This document shows positions 8,257-15,600 of a stretch of 26,851 nucleotides of DNA, one piece after another (within the stretch, counting starts at the first letter, position 1; each line of letters begins with the position of its first letter). The DNA comes from a virus (Duplodnaviria > Caudoviricetes), in the IMG/VR virus record IMGVR_UViG_3300016476_000070, positions 1 to 26,851 of that record. The stretch is one strand, 5' to 3'. The position numbers and the translations under genes were made by a program. The notes under the pieces were generated by a model. That model had not been told where the DNA came from. It did not search any database and saw only the letters and a program-made list of their open reading frames with translations.

Positions 8257-8715
8257 TTAGTCTTTAATCTCGATCTTCTTAGGCTTCTGATGCTCGGGAA
8301 TGAAGTTCTCGAGCCATACCTTAAGAATACCATTAACCATTTCGGCGTTCTTGATTTCTACAGAATCAGCGAGAGTAAAGTGGCGTGTGAATGCGCGCTC
8401 TGCGATTCCCTTGTAGAAGTAGTATGAGCCAGCATTGTCTGCATCGTCGGCTTCTTTGGTCTTCCCTGAGATAGTGAGCTTGCCACCATCGAGAGTGATC
8501 TCAAGATCAGTCTTAGAGAATCCAGCAACTGCCATTTCGATGACATACTTGTTATCCTCTACCTTCTTGATATTGTATGGTGGATAGCCTGGAAGGGCTT
8601 TACCGATACCATCCAGTTGTGACGCAAGCAGCTTGAACGTCTTGTCGAAACCGACAGACAATGGATCAAACTGACCGAAGAGTGAAGGAATTTGAGTGTA
8701 GTCGTGCTTAGTCAT
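8257..8715 (-). CDS. hsp20: Small heat shock protein (Hsp20/IbpA-like)
   Basis: YPPYNI, IEMAVAGF, KGIAERAFTRHFTLAD, NGILKVWLE, KPKKIEI. Confidence 0.95.
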   Translation of the reverse strand: MTKHDYTQIPSLFGQFDPLSVGFDKTFKLLASQLDGIGKALPGYPPYNIKKVEDNKYVIEMAVAGFSKTDLEITLDGGKLTISGKTKEADDADNAGSYYFYKGIAERAFTRHFTLADSVEIKNAEMVNGILKVWLENFIPEHQKPKKIEIKD

Positions 8716-8719
8716 ATAG

Positions 8720-8766
8720 ACCTCCTATTAAGCAAGGTTAACAATGTGTGACCCCGAAGGCATCAC
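8720..8766 (-). promoter_or_regulatory. ROSE-like RNA thermometer in the hsp20 5' UTR
   Basis: 3' hairpin ACC-UUGCU-UAAU-AGGA-GGU (8738..8720) with a bulged G opposite the SD; 5' hairpin GUGAUGCC-UUCG-GGGUCAC (8766..8748). Confidence 0.7.
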
Positions 8767-8770
8767 GTTC

Positions 8771-8778
8771 TATTTAGC
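8771..8778 (-). promoter_or_regulatory. Late promoter variant GCTAAATA upstream of hsp20
   Basis: Same octamer as upstream of the endolysin; intergenic, just after the regA stop. Confidence 0.65.
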
Positions 8779-8782
8779 ACAA

Positions 8783-9190
8783 TCAGTCGTTGGTTCGCTT
8801 CTTACCGATATTGTATTTCGCTTCCAACTTCCATTCGTGCTTTTCCTTATGCGCCAGGATCTTAATCTGGTTCAGTGGCGCAACAGGATCCTTAGTTCGC
8901 TCTGAATCGACAACATCAATCAGCTCCCATTCAGCGAGCAGATTGGCAATAGTATTACGGCGAGCTTTATCTTCGTCTGAGAAGTTGGTTGGCTTACCGT
9001 CCAGTGCGAACAATTCTTTGAAGTGAACGATGTAGTACCGACCCTGCTTATGCAGGATGTGACAAGACTGAAACAGTACCTTATCGCGTCGCGAAGCGAC
9101 TCCGATACGAGTAAGTGTTTCACGAATCTTTAGGAAATCTTCTGCTGATCGCAGCTTCACCTCTACCATACTTTCGACCGATGCGTTCAT
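8783..9190 (-). CDS. regA: Translational repressor RegA
   Basis: DFLKIRETLTRIGVAS, QSCHILHKQGRYYIVHFKELF; follows gp62. Confidence 0.97.
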   Translation of the reverse strand: MNASVESMVEVKLRSAEDFLKIRETLTRIGVASRRDKVLFQSCHILHKQGRYYIVHFKELFALDGKPTNFSDEDKARRNTIANLLAEWELIDVVDSERTKDPVAPLNQIKILAHKEKHEWKLEAKYNIGKKRTND

Positions 9191-9582
9191 CCTTTTCCAC
9201 CTTTATCGAGTGCTACCTCGATCATGGCTAGCTGTTCATCGGTCAAAACACGTAGCGCCTGCTCCGCCTTTGCGCGACCATAGCCGTAATACTCCATGAT
9301 CATCTCAACGGAGGCATCGGGCTTATCTTTACCCCATTTGGAGCTCGTCCTCTTCCGCTTCCGCAGGCTATTTAGTAAAAACTCATATTGTAGCTTTGCG
9401 TCTAGCTGAGGTCTTAAATTGACCTCATTGGCGTAAAGGATGCAATCCTGATGGTAGGACAGCGAACGATTAATCATGAAAGGCTTGTATAGCTTTTCCG
9501 CCAACTCGTCGTTCGCCGACCCACGCATCAGGTTCTTTTTGGAATTGGTTACACTCTCAACATAAACAAAGGGATTGCTCAC
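9187..9582 (-). CDS. gp62: Clamp loader small subunit (gp62)
   Basis: YKPFMINRSLSY, QYEFLLNSLRKRKR, EYYGYG..KA.QAL; GTG start. Confidence 0.92.
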   Translation of the reverse strand: MSNPFVYVESVTNSKKNLMRGSANDELAEKLYKPFMINRSLSYHQDCILYANEVNLRPQLDAKLQYEFLLNSLRKRKRTSSKWGKDKPDASVEMIMEYYGYGRAKAEQALRVLTDEQLAMIEVALDKGGKG

Positions 9583-9900
9583 TCACTGGATCCTCTTAAC
9601 GATGGGCCCAAATATATAGTTGATCGTTTCGTCGAGTTCCTCCAATGTAACGCCTCGAATCCATTCTCTGTTCTTACGAGGCATCTTATGCTTGTAATGA
9701 CGATGAACGATCTTATCGCAGTTCTTTTTCATATTGTCATCTAGAAGCCAAATAGCTCGCACGAAAATAGGTTCGATTCGGTTATCGTATGCTTTATGAC
9801 GTGCATTTATTTCATCTTGGTCGCGCGATTCGCCGACCTTGAATGTGTTGTCATCAGGACCACCAAGAGTTCCTAGTGCATAAAGATACATCGTTTTCAT
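9583..9900 (-). CDS. T5orf172/MUG113-like (GIY-YIG superfamily) putative nuclease
   Basis: MYLY...FKVGES...R...Y...KIVH......REWI pattern. Start revised to ATG 9900 (ATGA overlap with the upstream stop). Confidence 0.6.
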   Translation of the reverse strand: MKTMYLYALGTLGGPDDNTFKVGESRDQDEINARHKAYDNRIEPIFVRAIWLLDDNMKKNCDKIVHRHYKHKMPRKNREWIRGVTLEELDETINYIFGPIVKRIQ

Positions 9901-10859
9901 TGAAGGTGCTCCAGAAGCTTCGGACAACCTTCCCAAGGAAGGAACTCATAGCCAAACTCGATATTATACTTCTTGGAAAAGTCACTGATGTATTGTTCAA
10001 CTTCTTCCTGAGTAGAAACGTCTTCGAAGTTCAGGAAATGGAAGATGATATGGATTTCGTTCTTACCCATAGCAGTACCCATGGCCTTACCCAAAATCTC
10101 AGGAAGCTTCTTCTTCTTATCAAGAACAGCCCAAGTAACACCAACATTTCGATTCTGTTTACGGAATTCCCTAAGACGATCAGACTTATAGATAGGTTCA
10201 GCTTCTTTGGGATACTGGAAGAAGTTGTTTAGATGATTACCTTCAGTCTTCTTTAGTTTCGAACGAACTTCGTAGATATAGTTGCGAATGTCTTCTTTTT
10301 TCTTACCATACATATCAGCAAGTTCTTCGCAATAGTTTGGCGCGTCTACATTGTAATAATTGTTAACGATGTCATTGTTGATATGACGTTTGATATCTTT
10401 AGGTTGTGGCTCTTTGTTTGCCAATTCTTTTTTGTTCATAATAACACCGATCGCTTCAAAGACTCGTTCACAATCTTTGTCGTTGTCGGGTAGATATTCG
10501 TCTGGAATAACGAGAACGTCAATAGAATTGGCGTTAACAACCCTCTTAATAATAGCCTTCAAAGAAGCTTTGTTTGTGTGATTGCCATCGACCAGCGTCA
10601 GTGTATTTTTAATAGCTGTTGAACAGAGTGGTGGATTGATTTTACTTAGATCGCCCTGAAGTTCAATTCTATAGAAGATATCAGCAACATGCGTCTGATC
10701 GTGAATATCAAAACGAGTCTGAACAATGTCTTCACCATTAACCCATTTCTTCATCGTGTCAAGATCAACTGTTCTTTTTATGAGCTTTTCTCGATGATTC
10801 TTATATAGGTCAACAATAGTCTTAGCCATTGAGCTGACCTCAGTGATGTTCATAGCCAT
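9897..10859 (-). CDS. ParB/Srx-like domain protein with possible HTH
   Basis: VQTR...NPP...LVDGNHT motif; helix pair EELADMYGKKKEDIRNYI; visibly AT-rich relative to flanks. Confidence 0.6.
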   Translation of the reverse strand: MAMNITEVSSMAKTIVDLYKNHREKLIKRTVDLDTMKKWVNGEDIVQTRFDIHDQTHVADIFYRIELQGDLSKINPPLCSTAIKNTLTLVDGNHTNKASLKAIIKRVVNANSIDVLVIPDEYLPDNDKDCERVFEAIGVIMNKKELANKEPQPKDIKRHINNDIVNNYYNVDAPNYCEELADMYGKKKEDIRNYIYEVRSKLKKTEGNHLNNFFQYPKEAEPIYKSDRLREFRKQNRNVGVTWAVLDKKKKLPEILGKAMGTAMGKNEIHIIFHFLNFEDVSTQEEVEQYISDFSKKYNIEFGYEFLPWEGCPKLLEHLQ

Positions 10860-10897
10860 AACAAGTTACCTCTCACTTTCACCATAACCATAACATA

Positions 10898-10926
10898 ATC
10901 ATATCAGGCTTTGACTCAGTTGTCAA
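10898..10926 (-). promoter_or_regulatory. Sigma70-type promoter TTGACA-N17-TATGAT for the gp44/gp62 insert
   Basis: -35 at 10926..10921, -10 at 10903..10898, immediately after the gp44 stop. Confidence 0.8.
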
Positions 10927-10932
10927 GGCCTC

Positions 10933-11871
10933 TCACTTGAACTCACAATCAATCATGATTTGAGTCATACACGCAGCCAAGTTAATCTCTTGGTCAGTCA
11001 CAAACGCAGCCTTGTATTGATAGTCAGCCAAAGCAAGAACCAATGGCGGAATAGACTCTGGCTTCATAATTCCGCTTGCTGCGTCATACAGCTTGCGAAA
11101 CAGTACATTGACATCCATGCTGGAGTTCTGACCGACCCACTTACGCATGGCTTCGAACTCTTTACCTTTTAGATACTTTACCAGCTCCTTGATCTCCACG
11201 TTGTCAACACTGGCTAGAATACCAGCATCAATCGTGCCACGAGCTGAATATCGCTGCAACTCATTGAGCACTCGACGCCAATCTGGGAAGTGCTTCATAA
11301 TGACTTCAGCTAGTACCTTCTTATCGTAGCCAACATTCTCCTGATCCAGAATCCCGCATGCGCGCACGAGGAACTGCTTAGCAAGGTCTGCCTTTTCCTT
11401 CGCGCCAATCTTGAACTCGACGACCGAACAACGAGAGTGGAGCGGATCGATGATACGATTGACGAAGTTACAGGTCAGGATGAAACCACAGTTAGAACTG
11501 TATTCTTCCATGAAGTTGCGCAACGCTGGTTGAGTAGAGTTTGCGTTGAGATAGTCAGCCTCATCGAGAATAACATACTTACGACCGCCAGTGAATGATA
11601 CAGTCGCTGCGAAGTTTCGAATATCGATGCGCAACGTGTCGATGTTACCATTCATCGAACCATTGATGACGATATAATCAGCACCAATCTCTTCAAGCAT
11701 CGCGCGAGCAACTGTCGTCTTACCGACGCCCGCTGAACCAGCCAAAAGAAGATTAGGAATCTGTCCGTCATCGACGAACTGTTGAAATGTAGCTTTCAAG
11801 TCTTCGGGCAGAATACAATCTGCAATCTTACGAGGTCGATACTTCTCGACCCACAGAAACTCTTCGCGCAT
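10933..11871 (-). CDS. gp44: Clamp loader large subunit (gp44)
   Basis: LWVEKYRP, GSAGVGKTT, ILDEAD, PLHSRC, FPDWRR. Confidence 0.97.
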   Translation of the reverse strand: MREEFLWVEKYRPRKIADCILPEDLKATFQQFVDDGQIPNLLLAGSAGVGKTTVARAMLEEIGADYIVINGSMNGNIDTLRIDIRNFAATVSFTGGRKYVILDEADYLNANSTQPALRNFMEEYSSNCGFILTCNFVNRIIDPLHSRCSVVEFKIGAKEKADLAKQFLVRACGILDQENVGYDKKVLAEVIMKHFPDWRRVLNELQRYSARGTIDAGILASVDNVEIKELVKYLKGKEFEAMRKWVGQNSSMDVNVLFRKLYDAASGIMKPESIPPLVLALADYQYKAAFVTDQEINLAACMTQIMIDCEFK

Positions 11872-11887
11872 TATGGCTCCATATCAT

Positions 11888-11915
11888 AAAAGGAAAGAGG
11901 GACCGAAGTCCCTCT
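11888..11915 (-). terminator. Terminator after gp45 with C(UUCG)G loop
   Basis: AGAGGGAC-UUCG-GUCCCUCU followed by UUCCUUUU. Confidence 0.85.
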
Positions 11916-11916
11916 C

Positions 11917-12585
11917 TTATTCGCCGTATTTGCTACCTTGTTCTGTAGCAATCCAGTATTCCACATCTCCAGTCTTCGACGCGAAGTGTGAGATACCTTT
12001 AGATGAAACGCGAACTTCATAATCGCGGTTCAGCAGCTTGAGGTTATCAATCTTGAAGATCATCATGTAGTTTGCTTTCGCATCACCGACTTCATACTCG
12101 AAAGAGTTAGAACCCTGATTACGAGAGTCGATAGCAGCAAGATACGCTTTACCACTACGACCAACAAGAGCAAGCTCAGGCAAACCAAGAACACCAGCAG
12201 CTCGCAGAGCTGACTGAAGAGCAGCTGCTTCCAGAGTGAAGCTAATCTCCGTGGAAGGAAGATTGATTTCCTTGTTCGGAGGTGACTGAATCAAGTCAGC
12301 TTTAGCATAACGCAAAGTCGTCTTAGCTTTACCGTTTGTAATAACAACAGAATCATCACCGAGCTTCAGCTCAGGATCTTCAAACATAGAAACAGTCGAG
12401 ATAAACTGAGTCAGATCATAGATAGCGAAGTCCTTGTCGAACTTCTCACTGACGTTAGCCTTAGCAAGAACAGTCTTCTGTGGGCTAACAGTCTTCTGAA
12501 CAGAACCAGCCTGAAAGATCAGCGACGGATTGATAGCCGCAAAGTTCTTCAGGATCTCTGTTGTTTCCTTAGACAATTTCATCAT
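11917..12585 (-). CDS. gp45: Sliding clamp (gp45)
   Basis: MKLSKETTEILKNFAAINPS, FAIYDL, NLKLL..DY.V, YWIA.E. Confidence 0.95.
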   Translation of the reverse strand: MMKLSKETTEILKNFAAINPSLIFQAGSVQKTVSPQKTVLAKANVSEKFDKDFAIYDLTQFISTVSMFEDPELKLGDDSVVITNGKAKTTLRYAKADLIQSPPNKEINLPSTEISFTLEAAALQSALRAAGVLGLPELALVGRSGKAYLAAIDSRNQGSNSFEYEVGDAKANYMMIFKIDNLKLLNRDYEVRVSSKGISHFASKTGDVEYWIATEQGSKYGE

Positions 12586-12604
12586 ATTTACTCCTAGTTG
12601 TCAA

Positions 12605-13468
12605 TCAGTTTTTTGCAAGCTTCTTAGGCTTAGAAGTTTCATCAGCAGTCGCGCCAGCACCAATCTGAGCAAGATCAATGAGCGAGCCACCGAACACATA
12701 AGAACCCATATGCTGGAGCTTCATCCACGGACACAGCCAAGTCTTAACACCAATCTCCCAAGCCTTCTGACAGAACCAGTAGTCTTCTGAGAGATATCGC
12801 TTGGATGCTGGATCAACTTCCGCTTGGAATGCCATGAGAATTTCACGCGAACCATCGAAGTGTTCTGTACGAACGTGATCCGGCTTGTACATATACTGAG
12901 GATAAGCATCGCGGAACTTCTCGAGTGCTGCTCGCTGGATCATCATGAAACCAGTACCACCCTCAAGAACTTCTACGGGCTCGTCAAGCGGAATAGAACC
13001 AGTACCTTCCTTTGGATTGAAGACGTAGTCGCCAACATACTTCTCAAGATTGCTGGGATCCTTGTCAGCGAAACCCTTATCGACTGCGCGCTTGATCTTT
13101 TCCCAAGCGATACACTTCTTAGGATACGGACCGCAAACGATATGCTTATCCGTCCCTTCTTCAGCAATAACTGCAAGAGCGATAACATCGTTCGGGTCGA
13201 ATCCAATGTCAGAGTCGATGAACATAAGATGAGTGCAATCACTGCGAAGAAACTCGTCAACTAGATAGTTGCGAGCTCGAGTGATTAGCGATTCGTTGAA
13301 GAGATAGAAGAAGCGAACGTCCATACCATACTGAGCTGCCATCATAGCAAGATCAGCAGTGGACTTACAATACTGACCTCCGCAGATACCACCATACATC
13401 GGTGTTGCTACAAAGATCTTCTTCTTACGCAGTTCTTCGATTGATACTGAAATTTCAATTGCTGCCAT
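12605..13468 (-). CDS. GT-A fold glycosyltransferase-like protein
   Basis: IFVATPMYGG, ESLITRARN, THLMFIDSDI (DxD), GTGFMMI, YLSEDYWFC, L.H.G. Confidence 0.8.
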   Translation of the reverse strand: MAAIEISVSIEELRKKKIFVATPMYGGICGGQYCKSTADLAMMAAQYGMDVRFFYLFNESLITRARNYLVDEFLRSDCTHLMFIDSDIGFDPNDVIALAVIAEEGTDKHIVCGPYPKKCIAWEKIKRAVDKGFADKDPSNLEKYVGDYVFNPKEGTGSIPLDEPVEVLEGGTGFMMIQRAALEKFRDAYPQYMYKPDHVRTEHFDGSREILMAFQAEVDPASKRYLSEDYWFCQKAWEIGVKTWLCPWMKLQHMGSYVFGGSLIDLAQIGAGATADETSKPKKLAKN

Positions 13469-13504
13469 GATTACTCCAATGTGATGATATTATATATGTT
13501 CGCT

Positions 13505-13744
13505 TCAGAGCGTTTCAGCAATCTCGGCCTGCTTTTTCTTCCAGCGGACGACAGCAGCTTGCTTCTTCATTCGACGCTTGATCGAAGGCTTAGTATAGTG
13601 TTCATGTTCAGCAAGATCGCGCAATAGGTTTTCACGCTGAACTTTCTTCTTCAAAATGCGCAATGCACCATTCACATCATTATTGCGAACGGTGACAGAA
13701 ATGCCCTTGAGGTTCTCCCAAGGTTCACGATTATCAGTAGCCAA
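13505..13744 (-). CDS. rpsU: Phage-encoded 30S ribosomal protein bS21
   Basis: VTVRNNDVNGALRILKKKVQRE.LLRDL...EHYTKPSIKRR; TTG start with SD GGAG. Confidence 0.88.
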   Translation of the reverse strand: MATDNREPWENLKGISVTVRNNDVNGALRILKKKVQRENLLRDLAEHEHYTKPSIKRRMKKQAAVVRWKKKQAEIAETL

Positions 13745-13763
13745 TGATTACTCCATAGAATAA

Positions 13764-13802
13764 AGAGGAGGGAGGTGAAAGGGGAAAAGTCCCCCCTCCT
13801 CT
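13764..13802 (-). promoter_or_regulatory. Hairpin (terminator-like/regulatory leader) upstream of rpsU
   Basis: AGAGGAGGG/CCCUCCUCU outer stem, inner GGGGA-CUUU-UCCCC, followed by UUAUUCU; contains UCACCUCC. Confidence 0.6.
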
Positions 13803-13809
13803 ATATAGC
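13802..13809 (-). promoter_or_regulatory. Possible late promoter variant GCTATATA upstream of rpsU
   Basis: One mismatch from the GCTAAATA seen before hsp20 and the endolysin; intergenic. Confidence 0.4.
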
Positions 13810-14076
13810 TTACGCTGCGCGGCTATCGAAGATAGTGCCGCCGAAAACAGCATAAGCTGCTGCAACCATCTTGCGAGAAGGCTTGCCGAGACGATACTTA
13901 GCAGTCAGCTCGCCCTTTGAGTTCTTACGCTCATTGAGATAGATTGCGTGACCAGCTTCACGGAGCGAGCGAATCACTTCGTGAGGATTGCCGACAGAGA
14001 AACGCGAGCGGATCTGAGCGGCGGTCAGTTCTTCGCCGTTCTGAAGAGCAGCAAGAACAGAATCAGTCTTAGTCAT
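13810..14076 (-). CDS. Winged helix-turn-helix protein
   Basis: VLAALQNGEELTAAQI..RF.V......IRSLREAGHAI...YRLG; SD GGAG. Confidence 0.8.
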   Translation of the reverse strand: MTKTDSVLAALQNGEELTAAQIRSRFSVGNPHEVIRSLREAGHAIYLNERKNSKGELTAKYRLGKPSRKMVAAAYAVFGGTIFDSRAA

Positions 14077-14112
14077 ATTATAGATACTCCATTCGTGGTG
14101 GTAAAATTAGAC

Positions 14113-15312
14113 TCAGAAAGAAACTTCCTGAGTCTTCTCCGCCGCTTCAGCATTTGCGGCAGGAGTCTCGGGGACGGGATTGATCGTAGGATCAACCTTC
14201 GCATAAAGATCGAGGAACGCAGTCTTCGTCTCTTCGTCAAAGCGATTGATGCACAGGCGGATAGCCTTCTGACGATCACCGATCATGCGGAACGTCTGTG
14301 CAATATGAACAAGGCGACGAGTTGAAATGAGCTCGTCGATAGCGCCTTCAGTGAAGGTCTTGCGAATGATCTCAGACCACACAGTCAGGTGTTCGATGAA
14401 CGCCTTATCATCTTCAGTAATTGTATCATCACTGAGATAGTTTGTCAAGATCTTTTTCTCGATAGAAGCAGTAGGATACTCCTGCTCAATCGTGATCGGG
14501 AAACGCTCAAGCCAAGCATCGTCGAGCATCGTAGCAGCAACATAGCGACCGTCGTCAGAACCACGACCCTTAGTGTTAGCAGTCACAATCACGTTGAAGC
14601 CATGAGCTGCGTTAACAATCTCACCAGTCTTCTTCATGTAGTAAGGCTTGCCTTCGAGAATACCTTGCAAGCACATTGCCTTGCCAGGATCTGCGCGGTC
14701 AGCTTCGTCGATGAGCAGAAGCGCACCGAGCTCCATCGCGCGAAGCACTGGACCCTTCATGAACTTGGTCTCACCGTCGATGAGGCGGAAACCGCCGATG
14801 AGATCGTCTTCGTCAGTCTCACGAGACATCTGAACGCGAATCATCGGACGCTTCACCTTCGCGCAAACCTGCTCGACCATGAAGGTCTTGCCGTTGCCAG
14901 AGTGACCAGAGATGAACACAGGGAAGAACTTGCCAGAAGCAACGATCTTCTCGATCATCTTGAACTCACCGAACGGAACGTAATGTTTATCCTTCGCAGG
15001 AATCTGGGCATAATCATGCTCAGACTGAGCGTTAGGATCGAACTTCTTAGTAGACACAGGCATCTCGCGACGGATAGGAACAATGTCAGCAGCCATAGCT
15101 GCGAGGTTTTCAGTTTCGGTCGCATCGTATGCGGGGAGTTTGTACTGCGCACGACCAGCGCGATATGCTGACTTGTACAACCAGTGATGGTCAGCGTTAG
15201 CTAGATCATTAGATTCTGCCAACGCAACAAGCTCTGCAACAGGCACGATAGCCTGCGAGCCAAACTTCTTAGTGGCAAGTTCGAGGAACTTGAGCTGATT
15301 CGTCTTCAACAT
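14113..15312 (-). CDS. MoxR/CobS-like AAA+ ATPase
   Basis: Walker A GHSGNGKT, ETDEDDLIGG, Walker B LLIDEAD, TANTKGRG, LERF, ISTRRL. Confidence 0.92.
   Translation of the reverse strand: MLKTNQLKFLELATKKFGSQAIVPVAELVALAESNDLANADHHWLYKSAYRAGRAQYKLPAYDATETENLAAMAADIVPIRREMPVSTKKFDPNAQSEHDYAQIPAKDKHYVPFGEFKMIEKIVASGKFFPVFISGHSGNGKTFMVEQVCAKVKRPMIRVQMSRETDEDDLIGGFRLIDGETKFMKGPVLRAMELGALLLIDEADRADPGKAMCLQGILEGKPYYMKKTGEIVNAAHGFNVIVTANTKGRGSDDGRYVAATMLDDAWLERFPITIEQEYPTASIEKKILTNYLSDDTITEDDKAFIEHLTVWSEIIRKTFTEGAIDELISTRRLVHIAQTFRMIGDRQKAIRLCINRFDEETKTAFLDLYAKVDPTINPVPETPAANAEAAEKTQEVSF
14420..14448 (-). promoter_or_regulatory. Intragenic sigma70-type promoter TTGACA-N17-TACAAT (drives wHTH/rpsU)
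   Basis: -35 at 14448..14443, -10 at 14425..14420, inside the AAA+ gene. Confidence 0.65.
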
Positions 15313-15342
15313 TAGCCTTCACCTTTCTTCATCATATAATAT

Positions 15343-15371
15343 ATTGTATCACACAAACACTCAGTTGTCAA
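15343..15371 (-). promoter_or_regulatory. Sigma70-type promoter TTGACA-N17-TACAAT for the AAA+ gene
   Basis: -35 at 15371..15366, -10 at 15348..15343. Confidence 0.8.
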
Positions 15372-15528
15372 GCCCCATGCGCTCAATTGTCGGCTTACCG
15401 ACCAGCTTTCCGCCAAGGAGTAGGAGCTCACGCATGAACACAAACGCATCCTTCAGATAACGAAATGTGGCGGATTCATCGTGAATCAGCTTATCTTCGT
15501 CCTTGATAGTGTATGTGACTTTGAACAT
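15361..15528 (-). CDS. Small hypothetical protein (55 aa), not in ORF track
   Basis: MFKVTYTIKDEDKLIHDESATFRYLKDAFVFMRELLLLGGKLVGKPTIERMGLDN; SD GGAG; has its own consensus promoter. Confidence 0.75.
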   Translation of the reverse strand: MFKVTYTIKDEDKLIHDESATFRYLKDAFVFMRELLLLGGKLVGKPTIERMGLDN

Positions 15529-15552
15529 TGGCTTTCTCCACTGTATAAGGCT

Positions 15553-15581
15553 ATTATATAGTAATGGCGGGGAATTGTCAA
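15553..15581 (-). promoter_or_regulatory. Sigma70-type promoter TTGACA-N17-TATAAT; -35 lies within an inverted repeat
   Basis: Perfect consensus; flanked by TGGCGGGGAA (15565-74) and TTCCCCGCCA (15588-97). Confidence 0.85.
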
Positions 15582-15600
15582 GAACTTTTCCCCGCCAAAA

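Noticed and set aside
8184-8333. N-terminal extension of the DUF1127 ORF
   Set aside because: Overlaps hsp20 and crosses its terminator; the SD supports ATG 8183.
9369-9376. ACTAAATA late-promoter-like site in gp62
   Set aside because: Coincides with the conserved LNS codons; cannot be distinguished from coding constraint.
12576-12604. TTGACA upstream of gp45
   Set aside because: At 17-nt spacing the -10 is TGAAAT and falls inside gp45. TTGACA at 1560, 2551, 10757 and 11202 also lack a -10.
14389-15171. 260-aa plus-strand ORF
   Set aside because: Antisense shadow of the AAA+ gene.
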